A program made the translations under genes and the position numbers. 64,000 bases of DNA, taken from Ginglymostoma cirratum. Taxonomy: Eukaryota. The notes beneath the pieces were generated by a model. That model was not told the origin of the DNA. It was given only the letters and a program-made list of their open reading frames with translations, and searched no databases. The DNA lies in assembly GCA_024137785.1 (NCBI GenBank), contig JAHRHZ010000222.1, positions 36,399,197 to 36,463,196 of the forward strand. Reading direction: 5' to 3'. Every line of letters starts with the position of its first letter. The stretch's first letter is position 1. Positions 62,816 through 64,000 of this stretch are shown here, one piece after another.

Positions 62816-63659
62816 AATGTACCCTTTACTATGAAAAAATTAACATATCATGGTGCAAAAATTCTCTACAATGCTTGCGTAACTCTGAAGGGAAATTAGT
62901 GGATTTTTCAGAGAAACAGACTAAACGTGGTGACTGACACTAATTCCCTGTGGGTTCTAAGTGTATTCTGCTGACATTACAGCCCAAAACTAAGAGTCTT
63001 CACTGAATTTCAAGATCATATGTTTAACTAAAGAAGTATACTTACTGTCATGAGGTGTTTCAATTCCAAACAAAAATCATTTTCAAACCGATCATACAAC
63101 TGACAGAAACTAAATCAATTCTGGGATTTGATAGTAGTTGTTGTGAAAGATCCTGGATGGAATTGTGGTTGAAGTTGTAAGAAATGGCCTGAAACTGTCA
63201 GAAAGAGTTAAAAACATCCATGCTTTGCAGATAGTTGCACCTCTAAATATTACTGTGCATCAAAAATGAGCAATATTTAGAATAACTGTAACAATACTTG
63301 GGCCTGCAATGAAAATATATGAACAAGGAAAGTAGGTTTGAGAGCTTCTGTGCATTTCAAAATCATGGCTAGTCATCAATTTGAAATTCTTCAAAATGAC
63401 TTAAGAATTGTTTCACAGCAACCAAATCTCTAATCCTACATCTGGACTTGGTGTCTTCTCATCTGCCATTTTGTTCTATCTACAGGAGAGTGTCACAACA
63501 GACTTTTTCTAAAATTCAGCCTTGCTTTATCACTCTCCATCTTTAAAATTCTCCTGAAAACCTCCCTGTTGGACTTCAGCTCCCTTAACCTTTCTCCTAA
63601 TACCTGTTCAGCATTCCTGTCTATAATATGAAGCATCATGGAACATATAGCTACATTGA

Positions 63660-64000
63660 ATCATAGAATCCCTACAGTGTGGAAACAGGGCCTTCAGCCC
63701 ATCAAGTCTACACTAACCACCTGAAGAGCATCTCACCCAGACCAACCCTATCCCCATAGCCCTGCATTTCCCATGGTTAATCCATCCAGCCAGCCCATCC
63801 CTGGACACTATGGGCAATTTAACATGGCAATCCATCTAAACTGCACATCTTTGGACTATCAGAGGAAACCAGAGCATTCAGTGGAAACCCACACAGATGT
63901 GGGGAGAACATGCAACAGCATGCAGACAGTTGCCCGACACTGGAATTGAACCAGGGGCCCTGGTACTGTGAGGCAGCAGTGCTAACCGCTGAGTCACCAT
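63660..64000 (-). mobile_element. HE1-like tRNA-derived SINE
   Basis: Minus strand: A-box-like GGTGACTCAGCGGTTAGC at the window end, B box GGTTCAATTCC (63952-63942), and a CR1-like tail ending in ACTGTAGGGATTCTATGA. Confidence 0.8.

Noticed and set aside
63935-64000. tRNA gene
   Set aside because: The A and B boxes belong to a SINE head followed by SINE body and a LINE-like tail; no cloverleaf is evident.

Overview
Vertebrate genomic DNA, most likely a shark (inferred from the repeat families: HE1-like SINEs, CR1, RTE and Penelope-like elements). It contains two N-gaps (15946-16344, 56387-56555). The main feature is a complete three-exon SALL1 (Spalt-like zinc-finger) gene on the minus strand: CDS 40689-40617, 32271-28853 and 27281-26841, 3933 nt, 1310 aa, with GT-AG introns. 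The gene sits in a block of about 29 kb (~19-48 kb) with almost no transposons, two CpG-retaining domains and several enhancer-like motif clusters. The most unexpected result lies 3' of SALL1 (~6.0-19.9 kb, minus strand): a chain of stop- and frameshift-broken exon remnants that match, in order, my recollection of the human KIAA0825 (DUF4495) protein from N- to C-terminus. This suggests an intron-containing KIAA0825-like pseudogene, interrupted by nested RTE/Penelope/CR1 insertions, with a YY1/CRE promoter-like element still intact. The repeat-rich flanks also carry many short palindromic retroposons with long target-site duplications and hammerhead-ribozyme-like cores (CUGANGA-A-stem-GAAA). 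All homology calls were made by eye from memory and need database confirmation.
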